From an uncultured Pelagibacteraceae bacterium (GTDB taxonomy: Bacteria > Pseudomonadota > Alphaproteobacteria > Pelagibacterales > Pelagibacteraceae): a DNA stretch of 64,000 nt. Shown piece after piece: positions 30,555 through 40,741 of this stretch (positions are counted from its first letter, which is position 1; every line of letters starts with the position of its first letter). The translations under genes were made by a program, and so were the position numbers. The stretch covers positions 12,837-76,836 of the forward strand of contig CABYJS010000003.1 of assembly GCA_902519375.1 (NCBI GenBank), read 5' to 3'. The notes under the pieces are model-generated. The model was not told the DNA's origin and searched no databases. It saw only the letters and a list, made by a program, of their open reading frames with translations.

Positions 30555-31424
30555 CTACTTTCTAAATCTTTTAATTAAACTTGATGTATCCCATCGATTT
30601 CCACCCAGACCTTGAACTTCACCATAATATTTATCAACAAGTTCAGTTACAGGTAACAAAGAACCGTTATTTTTTGCTTCATCCATTGCAATCTTTAAAT
30701 CTTTTCTCATCCAATCAACAGCAAAACCAAAATCAAATTTGTCATCAATCATGGTTTTATATCTATTTTCCATCTGCCAAGATTGAGCTGCGCCTTTTGA
30801 AATTACCTCTATAACATCTTCCATATTTAATCCTGCTTTTATTCCAAAATTGATAGCTTCAGACAAACCCTGAACCAATCCTGCAATACAAATCTGATTA
30901 ACCATTTTAGCTAACTGTCCATTACCAGGACCACCAAGTAATTTCATTTTTTTACTGTAACAATCTATTTTATCTTTCGCTTTGTCAAAGTCAGCTTGAT
31001 CTCCACCAATCATAACAGTAAGTGCGCCATTTTCTGCACCAGCTTGTCCACCAGATACAGGAGCATCTAAAGAACCAAAACTGTGTTTTTTTGAATATTC
31101 ATAAATTTCTCTAGCAATCGTTGCAGAAGCAGTAGTGTTATCAATGTAAACAGATCCTTTTTTAATTGTTTTAAAAACACCATTGTCACCAAATGTTACT
31201 TCTCTTAAATCGTTATCATTTCCTACACATGTAAAAATATATTCAGCATCTTTTGCTGCTTCAGCTGGTGTTTCAGCCATTTTACCTTTGTATTCTTTAA
31301 TCCATTTCTCTGCTTTAGATTTAGTTCTATTAAAAACAGTTACATTGTGTCCGGCTTTTGATATATAACCAGCCATTGGGTAGCCCATAACCCCAAGACC
31401 TATGAAAGCAACATTACAAGTCAT
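30555..31424 (-). CDS. 3-hydroxyisobutyrate dehydrogenase-like beta-hydroxyacid dehydrogenase
   Basis: FIGLGVMGYPMA, DAPVSGG, KMVNQ, WMRKDL. Confidence 0.9.
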   Translation of the reverse strand: MTCNVAFIGLGVMGYPMAGYISKAGHNVTVFNRTKSKAEKWIKEYKGKMAETPAEAAKDAEYIFTCVGNDNDLREVTFGDNGVFKTIKKGSVYIDNTTASATIAREIYEYSKKHSFGSLDAPVSGGQAGAENGALTVMIGGDQADFDKAKDKIDCYSKKMKLLGGPGNGQLAKMVNQICIAGLVQGLSEAINFGIKAGLNMEDVIEVISKGAAQSWQMENRYKTMIDDKFDFGFAVDWMRKDLKIAMDEAKNNGSLLPVTELVDKYYGEVQGLGGNRWDTSSLIKRFRK

Positions 31425-31433
31425 AATTTTTTT

Positions 31434-32642
31434 ATGTTTAAGAGTTTAAGTTTAAAAGTAATTATATTTGGATTTATATTTACATTTTTTTCAAGTTTTG
31501 GACAGAGTTTTTTTCTTGGCTTATTTAATTCGAGCATACGTGACACCCTTTCTATCACACAGGGACAATTTGGATCAATTTATGCCTCAGCAACTTTATT
31601 AAGTAGTGTTCTTTTAATTTGGGTGGGTAAAAAAATTGATGATATTAATATATTTAAGTTTGCATTTTTTGTAACTCTACTTCTCTCTTTCTCATGCTTT
31701 TTCTTTTCTAAGATATCATCTATTGGATTTTTATTTGTTGCTATATTTCTTATGAGATTTTCAGGTCAAGGTATGATGTCTCACACTGCAACTACTACTA
31801 TTTCTAGATACTTTACAAAATCTAGAGGAAAAGCATTAAGCACAAGTTGGTTTGGTCTTTCCAGCGCAGAATTTATCCTACCAGTCTTAATAGTATATTT
31901 ATTAACGATTATAAGTTGGCAAAATATTTGGATGTCAGTTTCAATTTTAGTTTTAATATTTTTACCAATGGCTTCTTTTGTTTTAATCAAAAATTTAAAT
32001 TTTGATTCAAGAGAAGAAATAAAAGAAAATGATCATAAAGAAAAAGATATTTTTCAGTGGAAAAGAATTGAAGTTTTAAAAGATTATAGATTTTATATTA
32101 TTTGTTTAAACATGTTGGCCATGCCATGGATTGCCACTGGGGTATTCGTATATCAATCCTTCATTTTAGAGTCTAAAGGTTGGGGAACTTTTGTTATTGC
32201 TCAATCATTCATGATTTACTCAATTTTATCAGTAGTAACTTTATTAATTTCCGGTTTTTTAATTGATAGGTTTACTAGCAGAAAGTTGCTTATTTTTATG
32301 AATATTCCTTTGATGACGTCTTCCTTAGTCTTAATTTTTTTTGACACATCTATAACCGCATTTATATTTTTGGGTTTAATAGGTATTTCAAATGGACTAG
32401 CTAACGTTCTGGGGTCTTCTACATGGGCTGAGATTTATGGGGTGAAATATATTGGATCAATTAAAGCTCTTTCTACAGCATTAATGGTTTTTTCTACTGC
32501 ATTTGGAACAGCTCTATTTGGTCTTCTAATTGATCAAGGATTTTCTATCGAGCAGATAGCATTTGTATCTTTTATTTATATCTTAATTTCTATTATCCTT
32601 CTCTTTTTTGTGAGAAATAAGCTAAATCCCAAATATATTTAA
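31434..32642 (+). CDS. MFS transporter
   Basis: About 12 TM segments, SSFGQSFF, GFLIDRF, WAEIYG. Confidence 0.85.
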   Translation: MFKSLSLKVIIFGFIFTFFSSFGQSFFLGLFNSSIRDTLSITQGQFGSIYASATLLSSVLLIWVGKKIDDINIFKFAFFVTLLLSFSCFFFSKISSIGFLFVAIFLMRFSGQGMMSHTATTTISRYFTKSRGKALSTSWFGLSSAEFILPVLIVYLLTIISWQNIWMSVSILVLIFLPMASFVLIKNLNFDSREEIKENDHKEKDIFQWKRIEVLKDYRFYIICLNMLAMPWIATGVFVYQSFILESKGWGTFVIAQSFMIYSILSVVTLLISGFLIDRFTSRKLLIFMNIPLMTSSLVLIFFDTSITAFIFLGLIGISNGLANVLGSSTWAEIYGVKYIGSIKALSTALMVFSTAFGTALFGLLIDQGFSIEQIAFVSFIYILISIILLFFVRNKLNPKYI

Positions 32643-32650
32643 AAATCTCC

Positions 32651-32685
32651 TTGATTTTTAAAACTTCAATGTGTAGATACTCCGC
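32651..32685 (+). promoter_or_regulatory. Putative sigma70 promoter giving a leaderless rpoZ mRNA
   Basis: TTGATT-17 bp-TAGATA-6 bp-ATG, with no SD. Confidence 0.5.
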
Positions 32686-33222
32686 ATGGCTAGAGTAACA
32701 GTAGAAGATTGCATAGATAAAGTAGATAGTCCCTACGAATTAGTTTTGGTTGCAAAAGAAAGAGCAACACAACTTAACGCAGGATTAGAGCCAACTTTAG
32801 AAAAAGATAACGATAAAAATACAGTCATCTCATTAAGAGAAATTGCTGAAGAAAACATTAAAGTTTCTGATTTAACAGATAGCGCAATATATAAACTTAG
32901 AAAACATGTAGAACAAGTAGAAGATGGTACTGATGATGATGAAGAAGTGGGTGATGATTTTGAAAGCATGTATAAAGGTGAAATTTCTAAAAGTGGCGCT
33001 CCAATACTACCTTCAAAAAGAGCAAGAAAATCTCCAGAAAAAATTCAAGTTTCAAAAGAAGATTTAGCAGAACTATCTGAGACAGCTAAACCGGATATAG
33101 AAAATTCAGATGGTGATGAAACAGGTACAGATGAGGGAGATCTTTCTTTAGAACAAGTATCAGAAGCTGAGGAACAGACAACCGAAACTAATTCTGATGA
33201 TAACGAACCAAACAACAGCTAA
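32686..33222 (+). CDS. rpoZ: RNA polymerase omega subunit with an acidic C-terminal tail
   Basis: MARVTVEDC...[11 protein letters not shown]...[12 protein letters not shown]. Confidence 0.95.
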   Translation: MARVTVEDCIDKVDSPYELVLVAKERATQLNAGLEPTLEKDNDKNTVISLREIAEENIKVSDLTDSAIYKLRKHVEQVEDGTDDDEEVGDDFESMYKGEISKSGAPILPSKRARKSPEKIQVSKEDLAELSETAKPDIENSDGDETGTDEGDLSLEQVSEAEEQTTETNSDDNEPNNS

Positions 33223-34361
33223 CTAAATTCTTTTAATATTTTTTCCCTGTGTTCATCTAAGTCAGGAATATCACCTCGTACCTTTTCATCTTTATAAGAG
33301 GACATTTTGATTGGATTACCTGCTAATTTAAAATCACCTATAACTTTATGATAAGCTTTAACAATCATATTTCGAGATTCAACTTGAGGATTTTCAACTG
33401 CTTCTTTAATATTAAATATTGGTCCACAAGGAATTTTTTCTTTTTCCATAGATTTAACCCATTCATCAGTATTTTTTGTAGATAACTTATTCTCAAGAAT
33501 TTTTTTTAGTTCGTCTATATTTATTGCTCTTGAGGAATTGTCTAAAAATTTTGAATCCTTAGCTAATTCTGAAATATTTAAAAGATTACAAAGTTTTTCA
33601 AATAATTTATCGTTACCTGCAGCAATTATAATATGACTATCTCTAGTTTTAAAAGCTTCAAAAGGTGCAATTGATGGATGACGAGAACCCATAGGTTTGG
33701 GGATTTCATTTTTTGAAAGATAACGTGCTATAGCGTTCTCTAAAATTGCTATTTGACAATCAAGCATAGAGACATCAATGTACATTCCTTTGCCGGTCTT
33801 TTGTCTATCGTATAGAGCAGCATTAATACCAATTGTAGTAAATAATCCTGCAGTAATATCTCCTATAGAAGTTCCAACTCTTGTTGGTTCAGAATTAGGT
33901 TGACCAGTTACACTCATTAAACCTCCCATACCTTGAACAACCATGTCATATGCAGGTAATTCTTTTAAAGGACCAGTTTGTCCAAAACCAGAGGCTGATG
34001 CATAAATTAATTTTGGATATTTTTTACAAACATCTTTCCAACCGTATCCCCATCTTTCGAGGGTTCCAGGTTTAAAATTTTCTACTAATATGTCTGCTTT
34101 AGATAAAATTTTATCAAAAATTTTTTTATCATCAGTATTTTTTAAATTAAGTGCAATACTTTCCTTACCTCTATTTAAAGACATAAAATAAGCAGAATAA
34201 TCTTTAATAAATGGTCCAAATTTTCTAGAGTCATCACCAATTTCTGGTGCCTCCACTTTAATAACTCTTGCACCTAAATCAGACAATACCATAGTACAGT
34301 AGGGTCCTACCAATACTCTCGTTAAATCAATAACTAGTAGGTTTTTTAAAGGTCCATCCAT
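33219..34361 (-). CDS. Class III (CaiB/BaiF) CoA-transferase, YfdE/UctC-like
   Basis: GP....[32 protein letters not shown] (catalytic Asp), [19 protein letters not shown]. Confidence 0.9.
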   Translation of the reverse strand: MDGPLKNLLVIDLTRVLVGPYCTMVLSDLGARVIKVEAPEIGDDSRKFGPFIKDYSAYFMSLNRGKESIALNLKNTDDKKIFDKILSKADILVENFKPGTLERWGYGWKDVCKKYPKLIYASASGFGQTGPLKELPAYDMVVQGMGGLMSVTGQPNSEPTRVGTSIGDITAGLFTTIGINAALYDRQKTGKGMYIDVSMLDCQIAILENAIARYLSKNEIPKPMGSRHPSIAPFEAFKTRDSHIIIAAGNDKLFEKLCNLLNISELAKDSKFLDNSSRAINIDELKKILENKLSTKNTDEWVKSMEKEKIPCGPIFNIKEAVENPQVESRNMIVKAYHKVIGDFKLAGNPIKMSSYKDEKVRGDIPDLDEHREKILKEFS

Positions 34362-34393
34362 AATTTAAGCTTTAATAAATTCTTTTTGTCGAC

Positions 34394-34422
34394 TTGACTC
34401 TTATTAATAAGTTCATTTTAAT
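34394..34422 (+). promoter_or_regulatory. Putative sigma70 promoter of the TRAP operon, with a palindrome in the spacer
   Basis: TTGACT-17 bp-TTTAAT; the spacer contains CTTATTAATAAG (34400-34411). Confidence 0.55.
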
Positions 34423-34457
34423 TGAATTATTAAAAATAACAATAGAGGGAAATAATA

Positions 34458-35468
34458 ATGTTAAAAAAAATATCTTTATACTTAACTTCATTAGTTTTTG
34501 TTTTCACAACTATTGGTTCTGCTTTTGCTATAACATTAAAAGCTAGTCACCAATGGCCTGGAACTCCAAGGGCTGATGGATCATTTGACCCACGACACGA
34601 AATGGTTCAAATTATTGCTGACGAAGTAAAAAAAGCAAATGTTGGAATAGATGTAAGAATTTATCCAGCTAAATCATTATATAAACCAAAAGAACAGTGG
34701 AAACCAATGACAACTGGTCAGTTGGATATTTCTGCATTCCCATTAGCATATGCATCAAAGTTCCATCCTGAGTTTGACGCAACGTTAATGCCGGGAACTG
34801 TAAAAAACCACAAACACGCACTAAGATTTAATAAAGGTCCTATGATGACTGAAATTAAAAACATAATTAATAGCGCTGGTGTTGTAGTTTTATCTGATGC
34901 TTGGTTAGGTGGTGGTTTTGCTTCAAAAACAAAATGTATCAAAAATCCTAGCGATGCAAAAGGACAAGTAATGAGAGCTGCTGGTAAAGCATTTAATCAA
35001 ATGTTAGAAGCAGCAGGAGCGGGTATTCAAAGTATGCCATCATCTGAAATTTATACTGGTTTACAAACTGGTGTATTAACAGGTGCGAACACGAGCTCAG
35101 GTAGTTTTGTTAGTTACAAAATATATGAGCAAGTTTCATGTGCAACTCCTCCAGGAAAATTTGGTTTATGGTTTATGTATGAGCCAATTCTTATGTCTAA
35201 AAAGTCTTTTGATGCTTTAAATTCTAAGCAACAAAAAGCTTTAATGAAAGCTGGAAAAGTTGCTGAAAAGTACATGACAGCACAAGTAGAAAACTTAGAT
35301 AAAAAGTTTGAAGACGCTTATAAAGCGGCTGGTGTTAAGTTAGTGTATATGAATGCAAAAGATCATGCTGCTTGGGTAGAGATTGCTAAGAAATCTTCAC
35401 ACAAGGCGTTTGCTGATAAAGTGCCAGGTGGCGATAAGCTAATGGAAATGGCTTTAGCAGTTAAATAA
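34458..35468 (+). CDS. dctP: TRAP substrate-binding protein (malonate MatP-like by recall)
   Basis: Signal peptide, LKASHQWPG, MRAAG (conserved Arg), SEIYTGLQTGVL, WFMYEP. Confidence 0.85.
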   Translation: MLKKISLYLTSLVFVFTTIGSAFAITLKASHQWPGTPRADGSFDPRHEMVQIIADEVKKANVGIDVRIYPAKSLYKPKEQWKPMTTGQLDISAFPLAYASKFHPEFDATLMPGTVKNHKHALRFNKGPMMTEIKNIINSAGVVVLSDAWLGGGFASKTKCIKNPSDAKGQVMRAAGKAFNQMLEAAGAGIQSMPSSEIYTGLQTGVLTGANTSSGSFVSYKIYEQVSCATPPGKFGLWFMYEPILMSKKSFDALNSKQQKALMKAGKVAEKYMTAQVENLDKKFEDAYKAAGVKLVYMNAKDHAAWVEIAKKSSHKAFADKVPGGDKLMEMALAVK

Positions 35469-35482
35469 AATAATATATAAAG

Positions 35483-35518
35483 AACCCCTATTTATTCTTT
35501 TTAAGTAGGGGTTTTTTT
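35483..35518 (+). terminator. Stem-loop with U-tract after dctP
   Basis: aacccctattta...taagtaggggtt followed by a T run that ends at the dctQ start codon. Confidence 0.7.
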
Positions 35519-36013
35519 ATGAAAAATAAATATCTTAAATTTTGCGATTATGTTGCAAAAGCATGTGGTGCTTTCGCAGTTTCAGCTTTACTCCTATCAA
35601 TTTTAGTTATCGTAGAGCTTGTATTTGAAAGATATTTTTTTCAAAGAGCAATTACTTGGCAAACAGAACTTGTGACAATGCTTTTAGTTGCCTCTACTTT
35701 TATTGGCAGTGCATACGTGCTTAGTGAAAAAGCTCATGTAAGTATGGAATGGATATATGATTTTTTATCAAAAAAAAATGTAGTGAGGTTAAAAATTTTT
35801 ACATCTCTTTTAAGTTTGTTATTTTTTTTGATTTTATTTTATTTTGGATTTATTATGGTAGAAGAGGCTTTTACTAAAAATTATTCAACTGGAACAGTCT
35901 GGGATCCACCATTGTGGATACCTTATTCTTCAATGATGTTAGGAGCTGTATTAATGATATTACAATATATAGCTGAAATTATAAAATTAATTGATGAAAA
36001 GGATTTGAATTAA
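35519..36013 (+). CDS. dctQ: TRAP small permease
   Basis: 4 TM segments, W..E, HVSME, PPLWIPY. Confidence 0.9.
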   Translation: MKNKYLKFCDYVAKACGAFAVSALLLSILVIVELVFERYFFQRAITWQTELVTMLLVASTFIGSAYVLSEKAHVSMEWIYDFLSKKNVVRLKIFTSLLSLLFFLILFYFGFIMVEEAFTKNYSTGTVWDPPLWIPYSSMMLGAVLMILQYIAEIIKLIDEKDLN

Positions 36014-37344
36014 TGGATCCATTAATAATAGCTTTAATAGTAGCTGTTTTTACTTTAATAGTTCTTTTTTCAGGAATACCGATCGCTTTTGGTTTAAGTT
36101 TTGTATCAATAGTTCTTTTAGTATCATTTGAAGGATTTCAAATGTTGGATGTTTTTGCAGAAACATTTTATGCTGGACTAAATTCATTTGTTTTACTTTC
36201 AATACCAATGTTTATTTTAATGGGGATGGCGGTAGCCAATTCTCCTGCTGGAAAAGATTTATATACTGGTTTAGACAGATGGCTCTGGAGAGTCCCAGGA
36301 GGTTTAGTTATTTCTAATATAGGTGCTTGTTCAATTTTTGCCGCATTGAGTGGATCTAGTCCTGCTACATGTGCTGCAATTGGAACTATGGGAATACCCG
36401 AAATGAGAAAAAGAGGATATTCTGATCAAATAGCTACTGGAACCATTGCTGCAGGAGGCACGTTAGGAGTTTTAATTCCACCTAGTATTGTTTTAATTGT
36501 TTATGGTATTGCAACCGGCACATCAATCGGGAGATTGTTTTTATGTGGTCTTATTCCTGGATTTATGTTGGCAGGAATGTTTGCTATATGGGCTCTTATA
36601 CATAGTTATTTTATTGATAAAGATTCTGCAAAGGCTTTGAAAAATAGAACACCTCCTACTTTAAAAGAAAAACTTGAGGTATTACCAAGAATTTTACCTT
36701 TCCTAGCGATTATAGTTGGTGTCCTTTATGTTTTATATGGAGGGGTCGCTACACCATCAGAGGCATCAGGTGTAGGTGCATTTTTAGTTTTTGTTCTAAT
36801 CGCTGTTGTTTACAAAATTTATCAGCCAAAGAAAATTTGGAATATTGTTAAAGTTTCAATGAAGGAAAGTGTAATGATAATGTTTATTATTGCTGCCTCT
36901 TATCTTTTTGCATTCACTCTTTCACAACTTTACGTCACTCAGTCTTTAGCGCAAAGCATGGTAGAATTAAGTTCCAATAAATGGGTTGTATTTATCTTAA
37001 TAAATATATTCCTTTTAATAGCTGGATTCTTTTTACCGCCAGTAGCTGTTATTGTAATGACTTCAGCAATATTATTACCTGTTATAACACAGTTAGGATT
37101 TGATCCTTACTGGTTTGCAATTGTATTTACTATTAATATGGAGATAGGATTAATAACTCCACCCGTTGGATTAAATCTTTATATCATTAAAGGAATTACC
37201 CCAGATGTTAGTTTGTCAGAAATTTTAAAAGGATCTATTCCATTTATGATAATAATGGCTTTAGCTATATTAATCTTATGTATTTTTCCTGAAATAGTGA
37301 CATGGCTACCTGACAAAATAATGGGTAAACCTCTTGGATACTAA
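36013..37344 (+). CDS. dctM: TRAP large permease
   Basis: SGSSPATCAAIG, GGTLGVLIPPS, TPSEAS, GLITPPVG. Confidence 0.95.
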   Translation: MDPLIIALIVAVFTLIVLFSGIPIAFGLSFVSIVLLVSFEGFQMLDVFAETFYAGLNSFVLLSIPMFILMGMAVANSPAGKDLYTGLDRWLWRVPGGLVISNIGACSIFAALSGSSPATCAAIGTMGIPEMRKRGYSDQIATGTIAAGGTLGVLIPPSIVLIVYGIATGTSIGRLFLCGLIPGFMLAGMFAIWALIHSYFIDKDSAKALKNRTPPTLKEKLEVLPRILPFLAIIVGVLYVLYGGVATPSEASGVGAFLVFVLIAVVYKIYQPKKIWNIVKVSMKESVMIMFIIAASYLFAFTLSQLYVTQSLAQSMVELSSNKWVVFILINIFLLIAGFFLPPVAVIVMTSAILLPVITQLGFDPYWFAIVFTINMEIGLITPPVGLNLYIIKGITPDVSLSEILKGSIPFMIIMALAILILCIFPEIVTWLPDKIMGKPLGY

Positions 37345-38338
37345 AAAAAATATCAACAGAAAAGTTTCAGTTGCTCCAATGATGGATTGCACTGATAGAC
37401 ATGATCGTTTTTTTTTACGATTGATGAGCAAGAGTGTGATGCTCTATTCCGAGATGGTAGCTACTAAATCAGCTATTTATGGAGACAGAAAAAAAATTTT
37501 ATCTTACAGTCCTGAAGAAAAACCTTTAGCCCTTCAAGTAGGAGGGTCCGATAAAGATGAACTAGCTGAAGTTGCTAAAATTGCAGATGAAATGGGATAT
37601 GATGAAATTAATATCAATTTAGGCTGTCCTAGTAAAAAGGTTCAAAAAAACATGTTTGGTGCATGCTTAATGAAAGAACCAGACTTAGTAGCTGAGTGTA
37701 TAAATTCAATGGTTAATGCTTGTAAAATTCCTGTAACAGCTAAAACAAGAATAGGATTTGATGATACTGAAGAATTTGAATATCTAAATAATTTTATAAA
37801 CAAAATGAAAGATGCTGGAGCTAAAACTTTTATTTTACACGCTAGAAAAGCAATTTTAACTGGTTTATCTCCGAAACAAAATCTTAATATTCCTAAATTA
37901 AATTACAGCATGGTTTATGAAATAAAAAAAGAAAACCCTGATTTAGAAATTATTATAAATGGAGGTATTACGAAAATTGGAGAGATTAATAATCATTTGA
38001 ATTTTTGTGATGGTGTTATGATAGGACGATCAATATATCAAAATCCATATTCTTTGGTCGAAATTGAAAAAGAAATATTTGATAATAAAGATAATCCCTC
38101 CAGAGAAAAAGTTGTTGAAAAACTTTTAGAATATCTAGATAAAGAGGTTAAGCTCGGAACTAAAGTTAATCACATAATGAGACATACAGTAGGGCTATAT
38201 CACGGACAAGTGGGCTCGAAACAGTGGAAAAGATATTTAAGTGACAATATGATGGCTAGGGACTCTGATTTTCAAAAGGCCAAACACATAATGACTATTG
38301 TTCAAAATAATGAAAAGGCAAATCAAGCTACTTCTTAA
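37334..38338 (+). CDS. dusA: tRNA dihydrouridine(20/20a) synthase
   Basis: VAPMMDCTDRH, NLGCPS, FGACLM, HARKA..GLSPKQN, INGG. Confidence 0.9.
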   Translation: MDTKKNINRKVSVAPMMDCTDRHDRFFLRLMSKSVMLYSEMVATKSAIYGDRKKILSYSPEEKPLALQVGGSDKDELAEVAKIADEMGYDEININLGCPSKKVQKNMFGACLMKEPDLVAECINSMVNACKIPVTAKTRIGFDDTEEFEYLNNFINKMKDAGAKTFILHARKAILTGLSPKQNLNIPKLNYSMVYEIKKENPDLEIIINGGITKIGEINNHLNFCDGVMIGRSIYQNPYSLVEIEKEIFDNKDNPSREKVVEKLLEYLDKEVKLGTKVNHIMRHTVGLYHGQVGSKQWKRYLSDNMMARDSDFQKAKHIMTIVQNNEKANQATS

Positions 38339-39174
38339 TGGAAATAATAAATTCAGGTGAATTAATTAATTTACTAGCAGTATTAGCTGTTGCAGCAGCA
38401 GTAGCTGGCTTTATGGCTGGACTTCTAGGTGTAGGAGGGGGAATAATAATGGTACCAGCTCTTTATTACGCTTTTACAGTTTTAGATTTTGATATTGTAA
38501 CACGTATGCATTTATCTGTTGGAACTTCCCTAGCAATAATTATTCCGACATCAATAATCTCAACTAAAACTCATATGGAATATGATGCGGTAGATTTTAA
38601 AATGGTAAAGTCATTTGGTATTTTTATTCTATTAGGAGTAATTGCTGGAACTTTTTTAGCTGTAAACTTAAAAACACCTGCTTTAGTTTTATTTTTTTCA
38701 GTATTTGCATTTATTGTAGGATTATTTTTCATTTTTGTTAGAGAAAAACTTATGGAAAATCCAAAAAAAATATCTGATCTAATTAAAAATATTTCTGGAG
38801 TTATAATTGGTTTCATTTCTGTCCCACTTGGAATAGGAGGTGGTTCATTAATGGTTCCATTCATGAGAACTTTTGGTTACGACATAAGAAAATCTATAGG
38901 CACGGCAGCTGCTGTAGGCTTTTTGATAGCTCTAAGTGGAACAATCACAATGATAACAGGTGGGAAAATAATCGATAACGTTAATACTCCTTATAGCGTT
39001 GGGTATATAAATTTACTGGGTTTTATTGTATTTGTTCCTGTGACGATGATTATGGCTAGAATTGGCGCCAAAGCAGTGTATAAAATTAACAAAAAATTAT
39101 TAAGTAAGATTTTTGGAACTTTTCTTATTTTAGTTTCTATAAGATCTTTTTTTGAATATTTATCAATTAATTAA
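38338..39174 (+). CDS. TauE/SafE (TSUP) family permease
   Basis: GLLGVGGGIIMVP and GIGGGSLMVP repeats, GTSLA. Confidence 0.9.
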   Translation: MEIINSGELINLLAVLAVAAAVAGFMAGLLGVGGGIIMVPALYYAFTVLDFDIVTRMHLSVGTSLAIIIPTSIISTKTHMEYDAVDFKMVKSFGIFILLGVIAGTFLAVNLKTPALVLFFSVFAFIVGLFFIFVREKLMENPKKISDLIKNISGVIIGFISVPLGIGGGSLMVPFMRTFGYDIRKSIGTAAAVGFLIALSGTITMITGGKIIDNVNTPYSVGYINLLGFIVFVPVTMIMARIGAKAVYKINKKLLSKIFGTFLILVSIRSFFEYLSIN

Positions 39175-39183
39175 TAATTAAGA

Positions 39184-40518
39184 TTGTTGCTTAATAGGGG
39201 TGCTTTTGTGTTTAACTTAAAGGAAATTATATCTTCAATTGCTGACGTAGGCCAAAAACTATTCAAAAAAAGCGTAGTCAAGAAAAATGACTTAGAGTCA
39301 ATAATCTCACTATGTGATGATTTAATTTCAAACAAAGGAGCAGCATTTGGGATTACTGTAGCAAGAGATATTACCGATTTATATCAAACATTAAGCCATG
39401 AAAAAAAATTATTATTCTTTAAAAAAATTAATGAAAGGTTTAAACCTAATCATTCAAAGGTTTCTGAGGCTATAAATCTCTATAAAACAGAAGAAAATGA
39501 TAAAAACCTTTTCAAGCTATTCATTACCGCAGAGGGTCAAAGAAGGGAATTATTTAGAAGAATGAATATGTCTCCTAATGGAATTTCAACAATTGTTTCA
39601 TTGAGAGAAGATCTTCTTAAAATTTTAAATGAAAATAGAGAATTAAAACCATTAGATAATGATTTAAGAGAGTTGTTTAAATCTTGGTTTAATCCTGGGT
39701 TTCTAAAACTTGCAAAGATTACTTGGGATACTAAAGCTGCAGTTTTAGAAAAAATCATTCAGTACGAAAGAGTACATAAAATAAAAGATATGAACGAACT
39801 TAAAAGAAGACTTGGAGAGGATAGAAGATTTTTTTCTTATTTTCATCCTGCATTAGAGGATGAACCAATAATATTTGTTCAAGTAGCACTTACAAACGGT
39901 TTAGGAAAATCTATTCAAGAAATAATGAAGCCTAGAACTGAAGGAGAAAAAAAATATGATACTGCTACCTTTTATTCAATAAGTAATTGTCAAGAAGGTC
40001 TTTCTAGAGTAACGCTTGGAAACTTCTTAATTAAAAGAGTTGTTTATGAAATTCAGGAAGAGTTACCTAATATTAAAAACTTCGGTACACTTTCTCCAAT
40101 CCCAGGATTTAGAGACTGGTTTACAACATTGGATGAAAGTATTATCAAGAATATTTTGGGTAAAATACCTTATACAAATATTTCATTTTTAAAAAACTCG
40201 AATTTAAAAATAGGTGATGGAAGAATTGTATCTAATAAGAATGCTATAATTAAATTGGTTGCTCATTACTTAATAAACGAAAAAAATAAAAAAAATCTTC
40301 CAATTAACGATGTTTGTAGATTTCATTTAGGAAATGGTGCAATAGTTGATGATATTATTATTAATGCGAATGTTTCAGAGGTTGGTTTTAATAGGTCTTT
40401 TGGAGTTATGGTAAATTACCTATATGAATTAAAGAATATCGAAAAAAACCATGAAGATTATATAAACAATAAAAAAATTATTGTTTCTGATAAACTAAAA
40501 AAACTAATACAATTTTAA
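39184..40518 (+). CDS. Malonyl-CoA decarboxylase (start possibly the GTG at 39208)
   Basis: SWFNPGFL, YERVH, FFSYFHPA..DEPIIFVQVAL, FYSISNCQ.GL, GNFLIKRV, TLSPIPGF, FHLGNGA, SFGVMVNYLY. Confidence 0.9.
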   Translation: MLLNRGAFVFNLKEIISSIADVGQKLFKKSVVKKNDLESIISLCDDLISNKGAAFGITVARDITDLYQTLSHEKKLLFFKKINERFKPNHSKVSEAINLYKTEENDKNLFKLFITAEGQRRELFRRMNMSPNGISTIVSLREDLLKILNENRELKPLDNDLRELFKSWFNPGFLKLAKITWDTKAAVLEKIIQYERVHKIKDMNELKRRLGEDRRFFSYFHPALEDEPIIFVQVALTNGLGKSIQEIMKPRTEGEKKYDTATFYSISNCQEGLSRVTLGNFLIKRVVYEIQEELPNIKNFGTLSPIPGFRDWFTTLDESIIKNILGKIPYTNISFLKNSNLKIGDGRIVSNKNAIIKLVAHYLINEKNKKNLPINDVCRFHLGNGAIVDDIIINANVSEVGFNRSFGVMVNYLYELKNIEKNHEDYINNKKIIVSDKLKKLIQF

Positions 40519-40721
40519 TTATTATTAGTACCCCATTTAATTTTGTTCCAAATTCTTTCATGAAAATAATAAAAGAAAAGTGGAATAATTGAACCTAAAC
40601 CTAATGCCCCTGCAACTTTAAATGAACCAGTAAATATATAGCCAAATAACATCCAATATATAAAAATTAAGAATCTCCAAGAGAATGTTTTCGCAACTGA
40701 TCTAATTTTTTTATCTGACAA
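40515..40721 (-). CDS. DUF2061-like small membrane protein (TTG start)
   Basis: RSVAKTFSWR...YYFHERIWNKIKWG. Confidence 0.75.
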   Translation of the reverse strand: MSDKKIRSVAKTFSWRFLIFIYWMLFGYIFTGSFKVAGALGLGSIIPLFFYYFHERIWNKIKWGTNNN

Positions 40722-40741
40722 AAAAAAATTCTATTTAAGGG

